Source: Octopus vulgaris (lineage: Eukaryota). Taken from it: 64,000 bases of DNA. Location: NCBI GenBank assembly GCA_951406725.2, contig OX597817.1:1550001-1614000 (forward strand). Direction: 5' to 3'. A program made the position numbers and the translations under genes. The notes below the pieces were generated by a model. It saw nothing but the letters and a program-made list of their open reading frames with translations. It ran no database searches and was not told the DNA's origin. This document shows, in pieces, positions 14,327 through 27,671 of the stretch. Numbering within the stretch: the stretch's first letter is position 1; every line of letters begins with the position of its first letter.

Positions 14327-15639
14327 GCTGCTACTGCTGCTCCTGCTGCCACTGCAGTAATCTCACCTTAGACCTGTTTCATCAAAAGCGTTCCAGACAA
14401 GTCTCTTTTTCTTTTCTTTGTTATTATTATTTTTTTGTTTTCGTTTTCAGTCATTGTCCATCTTGGAGTATTCTATCCTACATGTCCTCCACATTTTCTG
14501 TCTGTCGGGTATTATTTCCAACAGGTCTAACAATGCAGATTCTCCATTGGTACCCAGACAATTATTTATTGACTACTTGTTGCCGTTCTTATTGGAATTG
14601 TGACTTTTTGCAGTGAAGAAGAGAAGTGTAGTGGTAGGTAGGTGTATCAGCATTTCGTACGTCTTTACGTTCTGAGTTCAAATTCCGCCGAGGTCGACAT
14701 TGCTTTTCATCCTTCCAGGGTCAATAAAATAAGTACTAGTTGAGCCCTGGGGTTTATATAATCAACTCGCTCCTCCCCTGAAATTCTTACTGTTGTGCCA
14801 AAATTTGAAATCAATGTTCACTAGTAGCAGTGGTGGTTGTGGTAGTGGTAATAGTAGTAGCAGTAGTGGTGGTAGTCGTTGTGGCGGTAGTAGTATAGTG
14901 GTTGCCAGTTAATGTGCAGGTAGAATTACTCACGTTGACGTTGATTGGCGTGAATAAGGAATGATAATATCGCTAGTGATGGTGGTGTGTAATACGCCAA
15001 TCATCATAAAGATGTGAGTAAAAACAGTGTCTCTGCGACTCGGTGCAGAACTAATATACCAAGGGAGTTCGTCCTTAAAGTGCCATTTTATTTCTACCGA
15101 TGCTTATATCATTCGCTGACACATACGTGCATTTTCGTGTGTGTGTGTGGAGGGGGGGAGGGGAGTGCGCGTGTGTGCATTCCTTTATACATACGTACAT
15201 ATATATTATGGGCGTCCGTCCTGATTCAGTCAATCAAATTCCATTCTGGATATTCTTTTTATTCGATACCTAGTGGTATTGAATCACAAACCAAGTTGTT
15301 GCACATCTTATTTTCTTAAGAGCATTGCTATGCACGGCGCTTTCCTGCTGATGGAGGCAGTAATTATGGTATTTGGTGGACCTCATAGCAATAATAAAAC
15401 AGAAGACCTATCGGCGGCGAACAGGCAGAGTTGTTAGCACGCCTGGCAAAATGCGTACCGGCAATTCGTCAGTCTCTATATGAAATTCTGCCGAGGGTGA
15501 CTTTGCCTTCCATCTTTACGAGATCAATTAATTAAGTACCAGTAAAACTCTGAGATCGATGTAATCGACTAGACCCTCCCCCAAATTTCAGGCCTTGTGC
15601 CTATAATAGAAAATCGACCTTAGAACGTAAACACAACAC

Positions 15640-15669
15640 CGGTTGTCGAGTGGTGGTGGGTCACCTCCT

Positions 15670-15723
<54 letters not shown>

Positions 15724-15880
15724 CGGCGGGCTTCTTTCAGTTTCCGTCTATCGAATAGACTCACAAAGCTTTGGTCAGGCCGAGGCTATAGTAGCAGACA
15801 CTTGCCCAAGGTGCCACGCAGTGGAACGGAACCCAGAACCGTGTGGTTGGGATTGGGAAGCAAGATTCTAACCACGCCTA
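15640..15880 (-). mobile_element. SINE family 1 partial copy
   Basis: cttctttcagtttccgtcta...agacacttgcccaaggtgccacgcagtgg. Confidence 0.8.
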
Positions 15881-15882
15881 CA

Positions 15883-15914
<32 letters not shown>

Positions 15915-16798
15915 CACTCAGACTCACACATTATTCAATCTTTCTTAACGTGTTTTTTTTAAATTTCAGTATGAGTATATACACACATCTTTTCCATCTA
16001 AAACAATGCAGCTCCTGAATTCATTCTCATCAAAAAGATATCAAAATCTATTCCTCAAAAAGTAAATAAACTCAGACTGATATAATTTATAAAGATGATT
16101 GTAAAAGTGAAAGCTACAAACTTTACGATTCTAACCGTGAAAGGCGTCAGATATGTACAGGACTCTCTCGTAGGCTCAATATTATGTACAGGACTCTCTC
16201 GTAGGCTCAATATGCATTTACAAAAAGAAGCAACTGCAACGTGGTACATCACAGCAAAGTTACATAGAAAAAATATTAATAGTCACACTTTATTGATATC
16301 GTCACGAAGATCGACGACTGATTGTAGAAGCAATGCTCAGATTGCAACACAAGGCTGAAATTATTATACAACGTACGCACGCCACCACGAAGGTAAACAC
16401 ATTACCGTTGGCGTGCAAAACTACCGGCCCTAAAAACAATCCACTAGCATGGCATTCTAACGATCAAGGTACCGTGATGGCGTAGAACTCTATTACTGTG
16501 ATGGCCAAATTCTAGCTGTGAAGGGAGCATAATCGGAATTGTCTCCTTATAGTCTGTTTATTCATTAGCTGTCCACTATAGTAAGAGACGTTCAGGAGTT
16601 CTTACCATTCCACATTCTATATAAATAGATAAGGGTGAAATAACCTGGAAACATTGATAATGCATTTAAGAACGTTATTGTTCCAGTGGAACTATATCTG
16701 ATTCGCAGATTAAAAGATAGCTTAATAAGAAAAATTAAATCTGAATATAACAGTGTTTTCAATATATCATGTTGTCTGAAGCAACAGCTGTTCCCATT

Positions 16799-16874
<76 letters not shown>

Positions 16875-16877
16875 ATA

Positions 16878-17086
16878 GTTAATACAAACAAGAAAACACA
16901 AAGAGAAAACACAACAACGCGAGGACGTGGAAGAAATATAGTATTATTGGACGCTCAGGAAGGAAGGAAAGAAGGAGGGTTTAACGTTTCGAGCGGAGCC
17001 CTTCGTCGGAAACATAGGAGAAGGAAAGATCCCGAGAAGGGAAGACAGAGGAAAAGAAATCGCCAACGGTACACACGAGGTCACAT
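16878..17086 (-). mobile_element. About 205-bp Penelope-type terminal repeat / retrozyme-like element, copy A
   Basis: Homologous to 23875-24081, 51326-51494 and 51556-51757; abuts (TA)n; hammerhead-like motif at 16979-17013. Confidence 0.75.
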
Positions 17087-17964
17087 ACATTGCTTCTTAA
17101 GCCTCGTGTAATTATTTATTGCGTCATCTCTTTAATCGAAGCAAATCATGCGTCACGTGTTTATTTCGTTGTCTCTTACAAAGGAAGCATTTAAAGAAAA
17201 CGTACAGATTGTCTCAACAACAATCTTTGAACTTATTTGTTCTTCTACCCAACGAACTTATTAACATATTCGCTAGACAATCTGCCGAGAGTACTCTTAG
17301 GAAATAGGAACCAAATCTTTATAAAATAACCTCATACTTTCTTCAGCAAGAGAACAACATCTAGAGTACGTTGGATCTCATAGCACTCCATGGAATATGG
17401 TTGAAAAGAAAGTACAATATGGTCAAAATAGACCATTCTACTTAATGTGTATCTACTCCAGGCGGAGATCTGTTAGAATCGCCATCGCTCCCGGCTAAAA
17501 TGCTTAGCGACTTTTCTTCTGGTTATACGTTCCAAGTTCAAATAACGCCGTACTGGACTTTACCTTTCTTCCTTTGTTTCGAGATCAAAGAACTAATCAA
17601 GCATTGGCGTCGATGAAATCGATTACCCCTCTCTACCAAAATTCCTTTTGCTCTATATTAGGAAAGACCTATTTCTCTGCTCTATCAGAGTTTGCTAGGG
17701 TGCTTTGATTTTGATCTATTTGCATCTCATTCAGCTTTGGTGCAGTCATAACCCAAGATATCCCCCGTGTGAGGTTATAGCTGTGCCCGTGCATAGACAT
17801 GCACTCCTGTTTTCCTTTTTTGAGGGCACTGGACCTCGGCCATGTGGTGGTGGTGGGGGGGGTACTTTAATCAATGAAATCGATCACAGTACCAATTCCA
17901 TTCGACGAAATACTAAGTTACCAGGACGTAAACAAAACATTGCAGCTTCTAAAGTGATGAGGCA

Positions 17965-18048
<84 letters not shown>

Positions 18049-18190
18049 CACACGCACACACACACGCACACAAACACACACGAGTTTGCACGCTGTTTGC
18101 AACTACAAACGGTAACTTCTGGCATTCGAATACATATACTTATTTATATCACCTTTTTCATGTGTATATATGTATGTATTTATGTTTGTG

Positions 18191-18224
<34 letters not shown>

Positions 18225-19310
18225 CGTGTGTATGAAAGTATACATGCACACGCATATATATCGATATGCGTTATTGTGAGGAAAAACGTGTTTGTGTGTA
18301 TGAATATGTACCCATGAACGTATGCTCATATATGTGTGAGTGCGTGTGTGTGTATGTGTGTATGTGTGTATGTGTGTGTTTTCTTTATATAACCCAGAAT
18401 TAAAACATTCTCAGGTGTGATATTTAGTTACTAAATCAACCGTAAAAGTGGTAAGAGCGATTTAGAAATGTGACCGAGTTGAAGCATCCCGCAGAAACAA
18501 CAGTGTAAAGCTTGCCGTCACATCAATATTTTGTCTCTAAAGATTTATTTATTCTCCAATGACAGTCTCACTATTTGTTTTCTGTCTGTATATATCTCTG
18601 TCTAGCACCTAACCAAACGTCATATTCAATAAACAAGCCACCAAATGAGACTACTGTAAATAGACATGTTGGAAAGAGTAGACCGGTAACCAAGGGGTTC
18701 GCTAAGAGAAGCCGTTAGAGTGAGCGCCTGACTTGAAAGTAAATAACTGCTGGGGTGAACTTGATTGACAAAACCTTTGAAGGCGATGTTCTAAGCATGC
18801 CTGCAGTCCAGTGATTGAAATAAAAAGAAAAGACTATATATTTATATATAAATATATGAGCTTGCGTTGGTGTATTTATCCATACATCTGTGCTTGTGAA
18901 TGCGCGTGCTTGTGTGAGTAGGTAACTCAAAATGACGAATGAACTATAGTGGAACTATTGTGTACATTATTTTCAGTTTGTAGTAAATTAGTAATTGTAT
19001 TTGTGTGTATATAATGTATATATAATGTATGTATGTATGTATGTATGTATGTATGTATGTATGTATGTATGTATGTATGTATGTATGTATGTATGTACGT
19101 ATGTATGCATGCATGTATATTTGAATGTATGTATGTAACATCTATGCCAAAGAGCGTAGGTCATTTGCCGGCGGCCTGAAACGTCACACCAATGCTGCGC
19201 AACACGAGGCCGACTCTGAAATGCTTTGGGTGGTGGCTGAGAACGAGGAAACAACCAGCTTGTTTGTGTGTGTATGTTCATGGTGTTCGGGCTAAATTTG
19301 ACAGTTTGTT

Positions 19311-19727
19311 ATTTCTTTATTGCCCACAAGGGGCTAAACATAGAGGGGACAAACAAGGACAGACAAACGGATTAAGTTGATTATATCGAGCCCAGTGCGT
19401 AACTGGTACTTAATTTATCGACCCCGAAAGGATGAAAGGCAAAGTCAACCTCATCGGAATTTGAAGTCACAACGTAACAGCAGACGAAATACCTATTTCT
19501 TTTCTGCCCACAAGGGGACAAACACAGAGGGGACAAACAAGGACAGACAAACGGATTAGGTCGATTATATCGACTCCAGTGCGTAACTGGTACTTAATTT
19601 ATCGACCCCGAAAGGATGAAAGGCAAAGTCGACCTCGGCGGAATTTGAACTCAGAACATAACGGCAGACGAAATACGGCTATGCATTTCGTCCGGCGTGT
19701 TAACGTTTCTGCCAGCTCGCCGCCCTA
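19311..19727 (-). mobile_element. tRNA-derived SINE family 2 (Nin/Deu-like domain) with tandemly duplicated 3' part
   Basis: cctttcatcctttcggggtcgataaattaagtaccag twice on minus strand; TSD tttgacagtttgt on both sides. Confidence 0.85.
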
Positions 19728-19759
19728 GTTTGACAGTTTGTGTAAAAGGAAAAGTACAC

Positions 19760-20450
19760 ACAATATCTCATCCAAAAGATGGAGTATTAACTAAATTATG
19801 GCTGGGAGATGACAGTTTCCTCAGAGTAGTTGCCCTCAGCTTCCACTACGGCTTCAAGAAGGCTCCGCAACCTTGTACATGTGTTCCTCATTATATCCCT
19901 GGGGAGATTTTGAACATCTCCTTGATCTGGCGTTGCAGGCAGAGAGGTTGGTGTCTTTCTCAACCGCACCCCACACATAGTAATTCATGAGGTTACAAAC
20001 AAGGGAATTTATAGGCCAGAAATGGGGGCTACTGAAATTGTGGAAATTCTCCGACAACTACTTCCGATTCTTTCGGGGGTCTGCCTATGGGCTGAACCCC
20101 ACTCGCATCCATGTGGCCTTCTAGCAGCAATCTTCTCCAGGCAGAGTTTGACTATTGTCTCATGAAGCTTCACATAGCCGTCTAAATTCAGCTTAAGACC
20201 CTGTTCAGGATGTGGAGATGAATTCCGGTGGGTGAGCGCAATTAGAACGCCTACTGTGCAGCTGATTACGTCACATCCTTACAGTGTTCCCAGGGCATTG
20301 AACAGTAGTCATGATGTCGACGTTTTGATACCCGGCGCGAATAATCATCAGAAAGATAAATCTTTCCCAACGTTGAAATGGTTTCCAGTCATCCTTGACA
20401 TCTAACGTTTGCTCAAGTAAACTTTAATCTTAATGCTCTCCAACGCCGCT
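19760..20450 (-). mobile_element. Degraded maT-like Tc1/mariner transposase fragment
   Basis: FWPINSLVCNLMNYYVWGAVEKDTN on minus strand, similar to the 58.6 kb copy. Confidence 0.7.
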
Positions 20451-21042
20451 GGCTGTTCACCGATACATCAAGCTACTGTTCTTGAAAAATGGAGACGGAA
20501 GAAATCGCCAAATTTAGCTCGAACAGCCTGTATGTATGTATGTATGTATGTATGTATGTATGTATGTATGTATGTATGTATGTATATATGTATGTATGTA
20601 TGTATATATGTATGTATGTATATATATGTATGTTTGTATGTATCTATGAATGTATGTAGGAATGTACGTATGTATGTACGTATACATACGCATACCAACA
20701 CACATATACACAAACACATACACACACATTAACACACATGCGTGTATGCAATTATATACAGAAGCTGATATCCCATAAAACAAAGCAAGAGGTAAAATAT
20801 TTAAACAAACTTAAAACTAGGCTATAACGCAAACAATAATAAAGCACACCCAGTCCCCAGTGAATTCCGAGTCAGCCGTTGTAAATAGGGGGAGAAGCCC
20901 TTTCTTCTCAGACACAATTTAAAAGAAGCACTTAAAGACACATACATTAAAGTCTACGGTGAAAGTGCGCTACACACACAAAAGTATGTGTGTATGTGTG
21001 TGTGTGGGTGCGTGCGTATTTTTGTAAGCGTATGTGTGTGAG

Positions 21043-21078
<36 letters not shown>

Positions 21079-21619
21079 TATATATACATATATACATATA
21101 TATACATACGTGTGTGTGAGTTTATACTCACACACACACAAACGTACACATATACATACACACACACACACATATATATGTTTATATCCCAGAGTATATT
21201 CATATACTGAGACATCCAATGACTTGTGAGCGATTGTGTGATTGTGATTGACGGAAACAATTTAGAAGCCCGCCATGTTTGTGATTGCGTGTGTGTGAGC
21301 GTGTGTACGCGTGCGGGTGTGGTCGTTCCTCTTTCCGCCTACCTCTCAACGCTGACAACAGAGTGCGGTTTGCTTCGTCCCCGAAAAAATAACGGTCTGG
21401 CAAAAGAGGTCGACACCACACTTTTAAAAATATGTACTTAAATATCGGTGGCCATTTGTTTTAGTACACACATTGAAGGCGACGCTGTAAGCATGGCTGC
21501 GTCTAGTAACAGGATCAAATGAAATGAATACATTGATAATCAAATATTGAAGCTAATGTTAAGATGTAAAGACAGTTAGTCAGGTGTATATTGATAGATA
21601 TATTTAAAATCAAATAAAA

Positions 21620-21980
21620 GCGCAGGCAATGCTTGTGTGGTAAAAAGTTTGCTTACCACCCAAATGGTTCCAGGATGAATCCTACACCATGGCACCTTGG
21701 GTAAATGTCTTCTACTATAGCCTCGAGCCAACTAAAGCCTTGTGGGTGGATTCGGTAGACGGAAACCGAAAGAAGCATGTCGTATATATATATATATATA
21801 TACATATACATGTGTATTCACCATCATCACTTGACGACCGGTGTTGTGTTGTTTATCTCCCCGTAATTTAGTGGTTCGGCAATATAGACCAGGCGATAAA
21901 GACCCACTAAAAGTTCATCAAGGTGGTGCCCCAGTATGACCGCAGTCTGACTGAAACAAGTAAAACATAAAAAGATAAGA
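21620..21980 (+). mobile_element. SINE family 1 copy
   Basis: ggcaccttgggtaaatgtcttctactatagcc...actgaaacaagtaaaa. Confidence 0.8.
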
Positions 21981-22049
21981 GAAAAGAAAGTCAGACTGGA
22001 ATCTGGTAACAAAGGGGTATGACCACCTTCTGGTATTGACATATATTCT

Positions 22050-22262
22050 TTTCTACTCTAGGCACAAGGCCCGAAACTTTTGGGGGAGGGGCCAGTCGAT
22101 TAGATCGACTGCAGTACGCAACTGGTACTTAATTTATTGACCCCTAAAAGATGAAACGCAAAGTCGACTTCAGCGGAATTTGAACTCAGAACGTAGTGGC
22201 AGATGAAATACCGCTAAGCATTTCGCCCGGCGTGCTAACATGTCTGCCAGCTCACTGCCTTT
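22050..22262 (-). mobile_element. SINE family 2 copy
   Basis: Same body; TSD gtattgaca(t/a)atattc. Confidence 0.85.
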
Positions 22263-23874
22263 GTATTGACAAATATTCATCGCATGTATGTATATGTTCG
22301 CTCTTATTCCCAATGACTCGAACTCTTCAAGGAGTTGGTTTCTAACAATGATACAAAGCTCCATCGTTGATATGTTAATAACGAAAGCAAATTCACATTT
22401 TAAACGCGAGAAAAGTCTTAAATATTTGCACAGTTCCGCTGACAGATTGATTATCTTCGTTGAGATTATGATGTAAGATGAAGCAGTGTGGGTGACAGGA
22501 AGATCAGAGATCTTTTTTAAGGGTCGATTACCCAGCCATTACTCAAGAAGGAGTACCGTGCAGTACCAGCTAGATAGCTCAAACCTAAAAGGAACACATA
22601 GAATGGGTTACTCAATGCCCCGACTTTAATACAATAGGATACGTATTGAAACAGAAAGATAGAATGTTGTGAGCAAAATGATCCATAATTACATCAGTTG
22701 CAGAGCTGAAGGAATTGACAGTACTGTCGATAAATAGGAATCAGTCTGTTTTCAATAATTTAATCAAATCCATACATAATCGGGTGGAAATCGTTATATT
22801 ACCTAAAGGAGAACTTACAAAATATCAGTCAAACTTTTAATCATTCTGGATAATGTTTGATGTTATTAAAAGTAAAATTAGTATTTAGTTTTAATACTCT
22901 GGCCATAGAGTAATTGTAGGCAACTGTAGAGTCGCCATCCAACGGAAACAGCGTCAATAACACCACAAGCGTAGTAACACCATCAACAATATGGCTACCA
23001 ACAAGATATATTGTACGGCCTCAGGTATTAACTCCTACATCGCGAACGCATGAATACCACGAACGCGTTAATAATGGGGGTCATTTCTTGATTTCGTGAC
23101 TCTGCTAGAAATAGAAGCTAAATCTGCCTCGAATCATACTCTGCTGCTTTCCCGATAATATAACAGTTGGATAATGTAATCCTGAAGGAAAGACGAGAAG
23201 ATTATCGATGAAAAGCCTCGATTATAGGTCAGCTAGAGTGGGCTGACCCAGATCTAATAACAACATTAACACTACCCACAAACTCGCACCTAACACTATC
23301 ACCTTCTACACCAACTCTATTTCAAACACTACCGAAATAACAGCACTCATTGACACCACGAGGACTTTTCAATCTTTTAATGTCTTCCCATAATACATTC
23401 CAATGTTTTTGCTGCATTTTTTTCTCGTAAAATAACAATAGAAATAGGCAAAAGAACCAAGGATATATATAGACTTAAATTGCATTGTTATTACTGTTGT
23501 TAGTTCCACGTCTCATGGTACCAAAAGTGAATAACTTCAACAGGAATAGGAATACACCCAAAATCTTTCGCATTCGTGCGCACACCCACGTTGAATGACA
23601 TAAACGTGTAGAGCACACATTAGATATGACACAGAGAATCCACCAGACATCTGCACACAAAATCATATGCGTATAAGTGTGTGCGTTCACACACGCGCGC
23701 GCGCGCGAATTGTAGATTTTCAAATCTCATGACTCCAGATGGATACTCAACAAGAAAAAAACTCTACGCGTTGTGTTCTCTCACCTCGTTCGTAAAAATC
23801 AAGTATGTGAGGGTGTATGTATATATGCATGTATGTATATATGTATATATATGCATGTATGTATACATACATAC

Positions 23875-24079
23875 ATGTGACCTTGTGTGTACCGTTGGCG
23901 ATTTTTTTTTCCTCTGTCTTCCCTTCTCGGGATCTTTCCTTCTCCTATGTTTCCGACGAAGAGCTCCGCTCGAAACGTTAAACCCTCCGTCTTCCCTTCT
24001 TTCCTGAGCGTCCAATAAAACTATACTTGTTCCACGTCCTCGCGTTGTTGTGTTTTTTTGTGTTTTCTTGTTTGGATTA

Positions 24080-24081
<2 letters not shown>
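23875..24081 (+). mobile_element. About 205-bp Penelope-type terminal repeat / retrozyme-like element, copy B
   Basis: Same family as copy A; AATAAA downstream of the motif; T-rich 3' end running into (TA)n. Confidence 0.75.
23949..23983 (+). ncRNA. Minimal type I hammerhead ribozyme-like motif (U4C, extra A after core, palindromic stem III)
   Basis: GTTT-CCGACGA-A-GAGC-tcc-GCTC-GAAA-CG-TT-AAAC; stem I GTTT/AAAC, stem II GAGC/GCTC. Confidence 0.65.
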
Positions 24082-24124
<43 letters not shown>

Positions 24125-24126
<2 letters not shown>

Positions 24127-25318
24127 ACTTACGGCATAGTAGCCAGTGGATGTTTTGGGCTACTTTGTCGTGTCATCGCTTGTACTCATTCTGCGCAAGA
24201 CCTTCACAAGCACTGACAATGTGAATCATGCTTTCGACCCTCTTCCCACACATTCTGCAGAGGTCCGATGCACCTGTGTGGTATATATTCTTTTTCACTG
24301 AGTTGGTATTCAATGCCTTGTCCTGGGCCTCGATGATTAGGCTTTCAGTATTCTTTTCTAGGTCAACCTTGTTAAGCCACCTCCATGATGCTTCCTGCTC
24401 TTTTAATTTGTTGGTTTCATGGTGGAACTGAGCATGTAATTCCATGCGGAGTTGGGTTTCTTCTGTCTCCGTTGGCTGTTCTTGATCGGAATTCCGAAGC
24501 ACTCTCAAGTCCATTTTTGTTATATCCTTCTGCACTAGCAGCGTACTGTAGCAGGTCTTCTTTGCAGTTTACCAAATATTCTACCATGTTTCTTCTTTTA
24601 CTGTTAATGCACTCCCGTACGCTAATCAGCCCTTTGTCCACAGTTACCCTTCTTCATGTAGAGCCTGTGTACATACGCCACAGGGTGGCTGGACCATACA
24701 TTGTCATTGTCTTTTGGGTAGTGCGATTGAATTGGTTAATGTCTGCTTGTGTCCATTTCAGGATGGTTGCACTATAGTGGAATACAGCAACAGCCCATAT
24801 ATTGATAGCAGTCAGAAGGTTCCTTGAGTTGAGTTTTGATTTCAAAAGACGTTTAAGGCGCTTGAAATGTGAAGTGATGTCCATGTCTTTCATTTCTGTA
24901 TGCAAGATATTGTCCAGCTCCAGGATCCCAAGGTACGTGTACCCAACATCATCCGGGTCTTCCATTCTCTCTCTGTTTGGTAATTCTATGACCCTACAAA
25001 ATACTCTTTTCCCGCTGCTTCAAAGTAAGAACAGCGCACTTCGAGATACCAAATTCTATCCCTATATCCTTGCTGCACATTTGCATAGTATCAACCAGCC
25101 TCTCCAGGATTTCAGGCTCTGTTTTTGCGAACAGTTTTAAGTTAGCCATGAAGAGAAAGTGGTTGAGACGAGGTCCATTCTTCTCAGCTCATATTGCGCG
25201 TTGACTGCGTAGGACCACAGAAAGTGGCACCAAGGCTATAACAAATAACAGAGACTCCTTGAAAGATACCTCTCTTGATTGTTACCTCGGCTAAGTGCTG
25301 CTTGTTATGGGAAAGACT
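24125..25318 (-). mobile_element. R4/Dong-clade non-LTR retrotransposon fragment (RT to C-terminal CCHC), degraded
   Basis: IKRGIFQG, GYTYLGILELDNI, LLKSKLNSRNLLTAINIWAV, CRMCGKRVESMIHIVSACEGLAQNEYKR. Confidence 0.85.
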
Positions 25319-25343
25319 TATTATAATAATAATAATAATAATA

Positions 25344-25400
<57 letters not shown>

Positions 25401-26463
25401 TAAAAATTTGATTCGGCTCCGTGCGGCTTACAAAAGTCTATATTGTTCAGGCTTATGTAACCGAATGAAGAGATACAGGAAGTTATCTGAGCCTGAACGA
25501 GTTAGGTTTCTGTAAGATGCCTGCGAAACATTATGTTGCATGGGGCCGGCTCAAACTGTTTTAAATAATAATATATGTAACTACTACTAATGTGTTAAGT
25601 GCCTTTTCCTTTCATCTGTCCACTCACTTGTGTATGTGTGTGCGCGTGTGCGTAATTTACCATTATTCATCACAAGGCATTGGTCAGCATGGGGCTATAG
25701 AAGAAATTCTTGTGTGCGATGAGGTGTTCGTTAGTTTTTCCGCTATTCTTCGATCTCTAATGAGGGGTTCTACCGAAAGGTCGTATGAGAGCTTGCGTTC
25801 TGCTGGCACAGTTCTAAGAGTTATTGAGGTAGACAAGTCATAACAAAATAACAACTGGACGTGGAGGTGGAGTGTTTTCTCGAAACATGTTTGGCAAATA
25901 TTCTTGCTCATCAGTTTCCAAACAAGATTCAGTTTCTTCTCCAAGCAGAAAATATGCATCTACACATTTCGCAAAAAAAGACAAAAAAAAAACAAATCCT
26001 ATCCATACAGATTCGATAAACAACAATGGAACATTTCTTTTTGTTTAAAGTTTCCCTTTTATATTTATTTGGGAAGGTAGAAAATACATACCAGTAATAT
26101 ACTGCAGTGCATAAAATTTTTGATACTTCTTCACTTTACTATTTAGAAAATTAGGGATTTTCACAGCATGCATTGATCACAATGAAATCAAATAAGAAAC
26201 TAGAATCACGTAGTTCATGCAAAAGTATGGAACACTATATACGCCACAAACTTGCATGATAACTTGACAGTACATACAAGCACGTTTGTGTTTGCGCAGA
26301 AGTGTATGTTTATGTTTGTATGTTCGACAGTTTTAACATTTACAGAGTAGTTCATACATACGATAATATAACAGAAGAAAAGATATAACACACACATACA
26401 CACGCACGCACGCACGCACGCACACATATATACAATTGTACAGGTATATATCTCTCTATCTAT

Positions 26464-26507
<44 letters not shown>

Positions 26508-26703
26508 TACATATATATATATGTATAGAGTCATACTTATGTATGTAAACATATTTACGTAACATGACTTCGATAAACTTTTTCATGTTTTCATGTATAG
26601 ATGTGATGTATGTATGTGTGCACGCGTGCGTGTGTGTATGCGTGTGCACGCGTGTGTAGGGGAGGAAAATTAACATGCACCAGTCCGTTGAAGCCATAAA
26701 TGG

Positions 26704-26740
<37 letters not shown>

Positions 26741-26879
26741 ACATATATATATATATATATGTATGTATATGTGTGTGAGTGTGTAAATATGCATATATAT
26801 TTATATATGCATGTATATATACATGTAGATGTAGGTACATACATATATGTTTGTATGTATGCATATATTTTATTTATTA

Positions 26880-26996
<117 letters not shown>

Positions 26997-27454
26997 TAAA
27001 TATTTGAATATAATATAGATTTATGAAAATATATACGCTGCTGATATGTGTCCATGTGTACGTGTGCGAAATTTCCGCTGTCGTAGATTTTCCATGGAAC
27101 TGGTCCCTTTATTTTTATGGTTATCTTCAAAAAGGCGACTGTATCGCTGAACATTATGTGATGTGTGCAACGACGTAGCCTCCTCGTTTTATCTGCTACT
27201 TGAATGCTTCGCTGTATTAAATGCTTAGCGTTCGTAACGTCTTAACTACCTTTTGTTATCGGCAGCTTCGCTGTTCGCCTCTGCGTCCGCCGTTGTTTGT
27301 GCTTCGGAATTGCGTGAGAAGATGTTTTGACATTTTGTTTTCTATTTTTGCTATATAGATTTCAATTCTAGCAGAAAAAGCTTATACACACACATGCAAA
27401 CAAACATGTATACATACATACATGCATACATACATGCATGCATGCATACATACA

Positions 27455-27490
<36 letters not shown>

Positions 27491-27639
27491 TGTACATATG
27501 CTTATATACATACACACACGCACATCTATATGCATAAATAAATACATACGTTATATATATATGTGTGTATATATATATATATATACACGCATACATGCAT
27601 ATAAATGTATATATATTATATATTATATATGTGTGTGTA

Positions 27640-27671
<32 letters not shown>

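Noticed and set aside
16152-16213. Two-copy tandem duplications (also 1561-1623, 29010-29051, 45318-45353, 49317-49384)
   Set aside because: Ordinary local duplications with no further structure.
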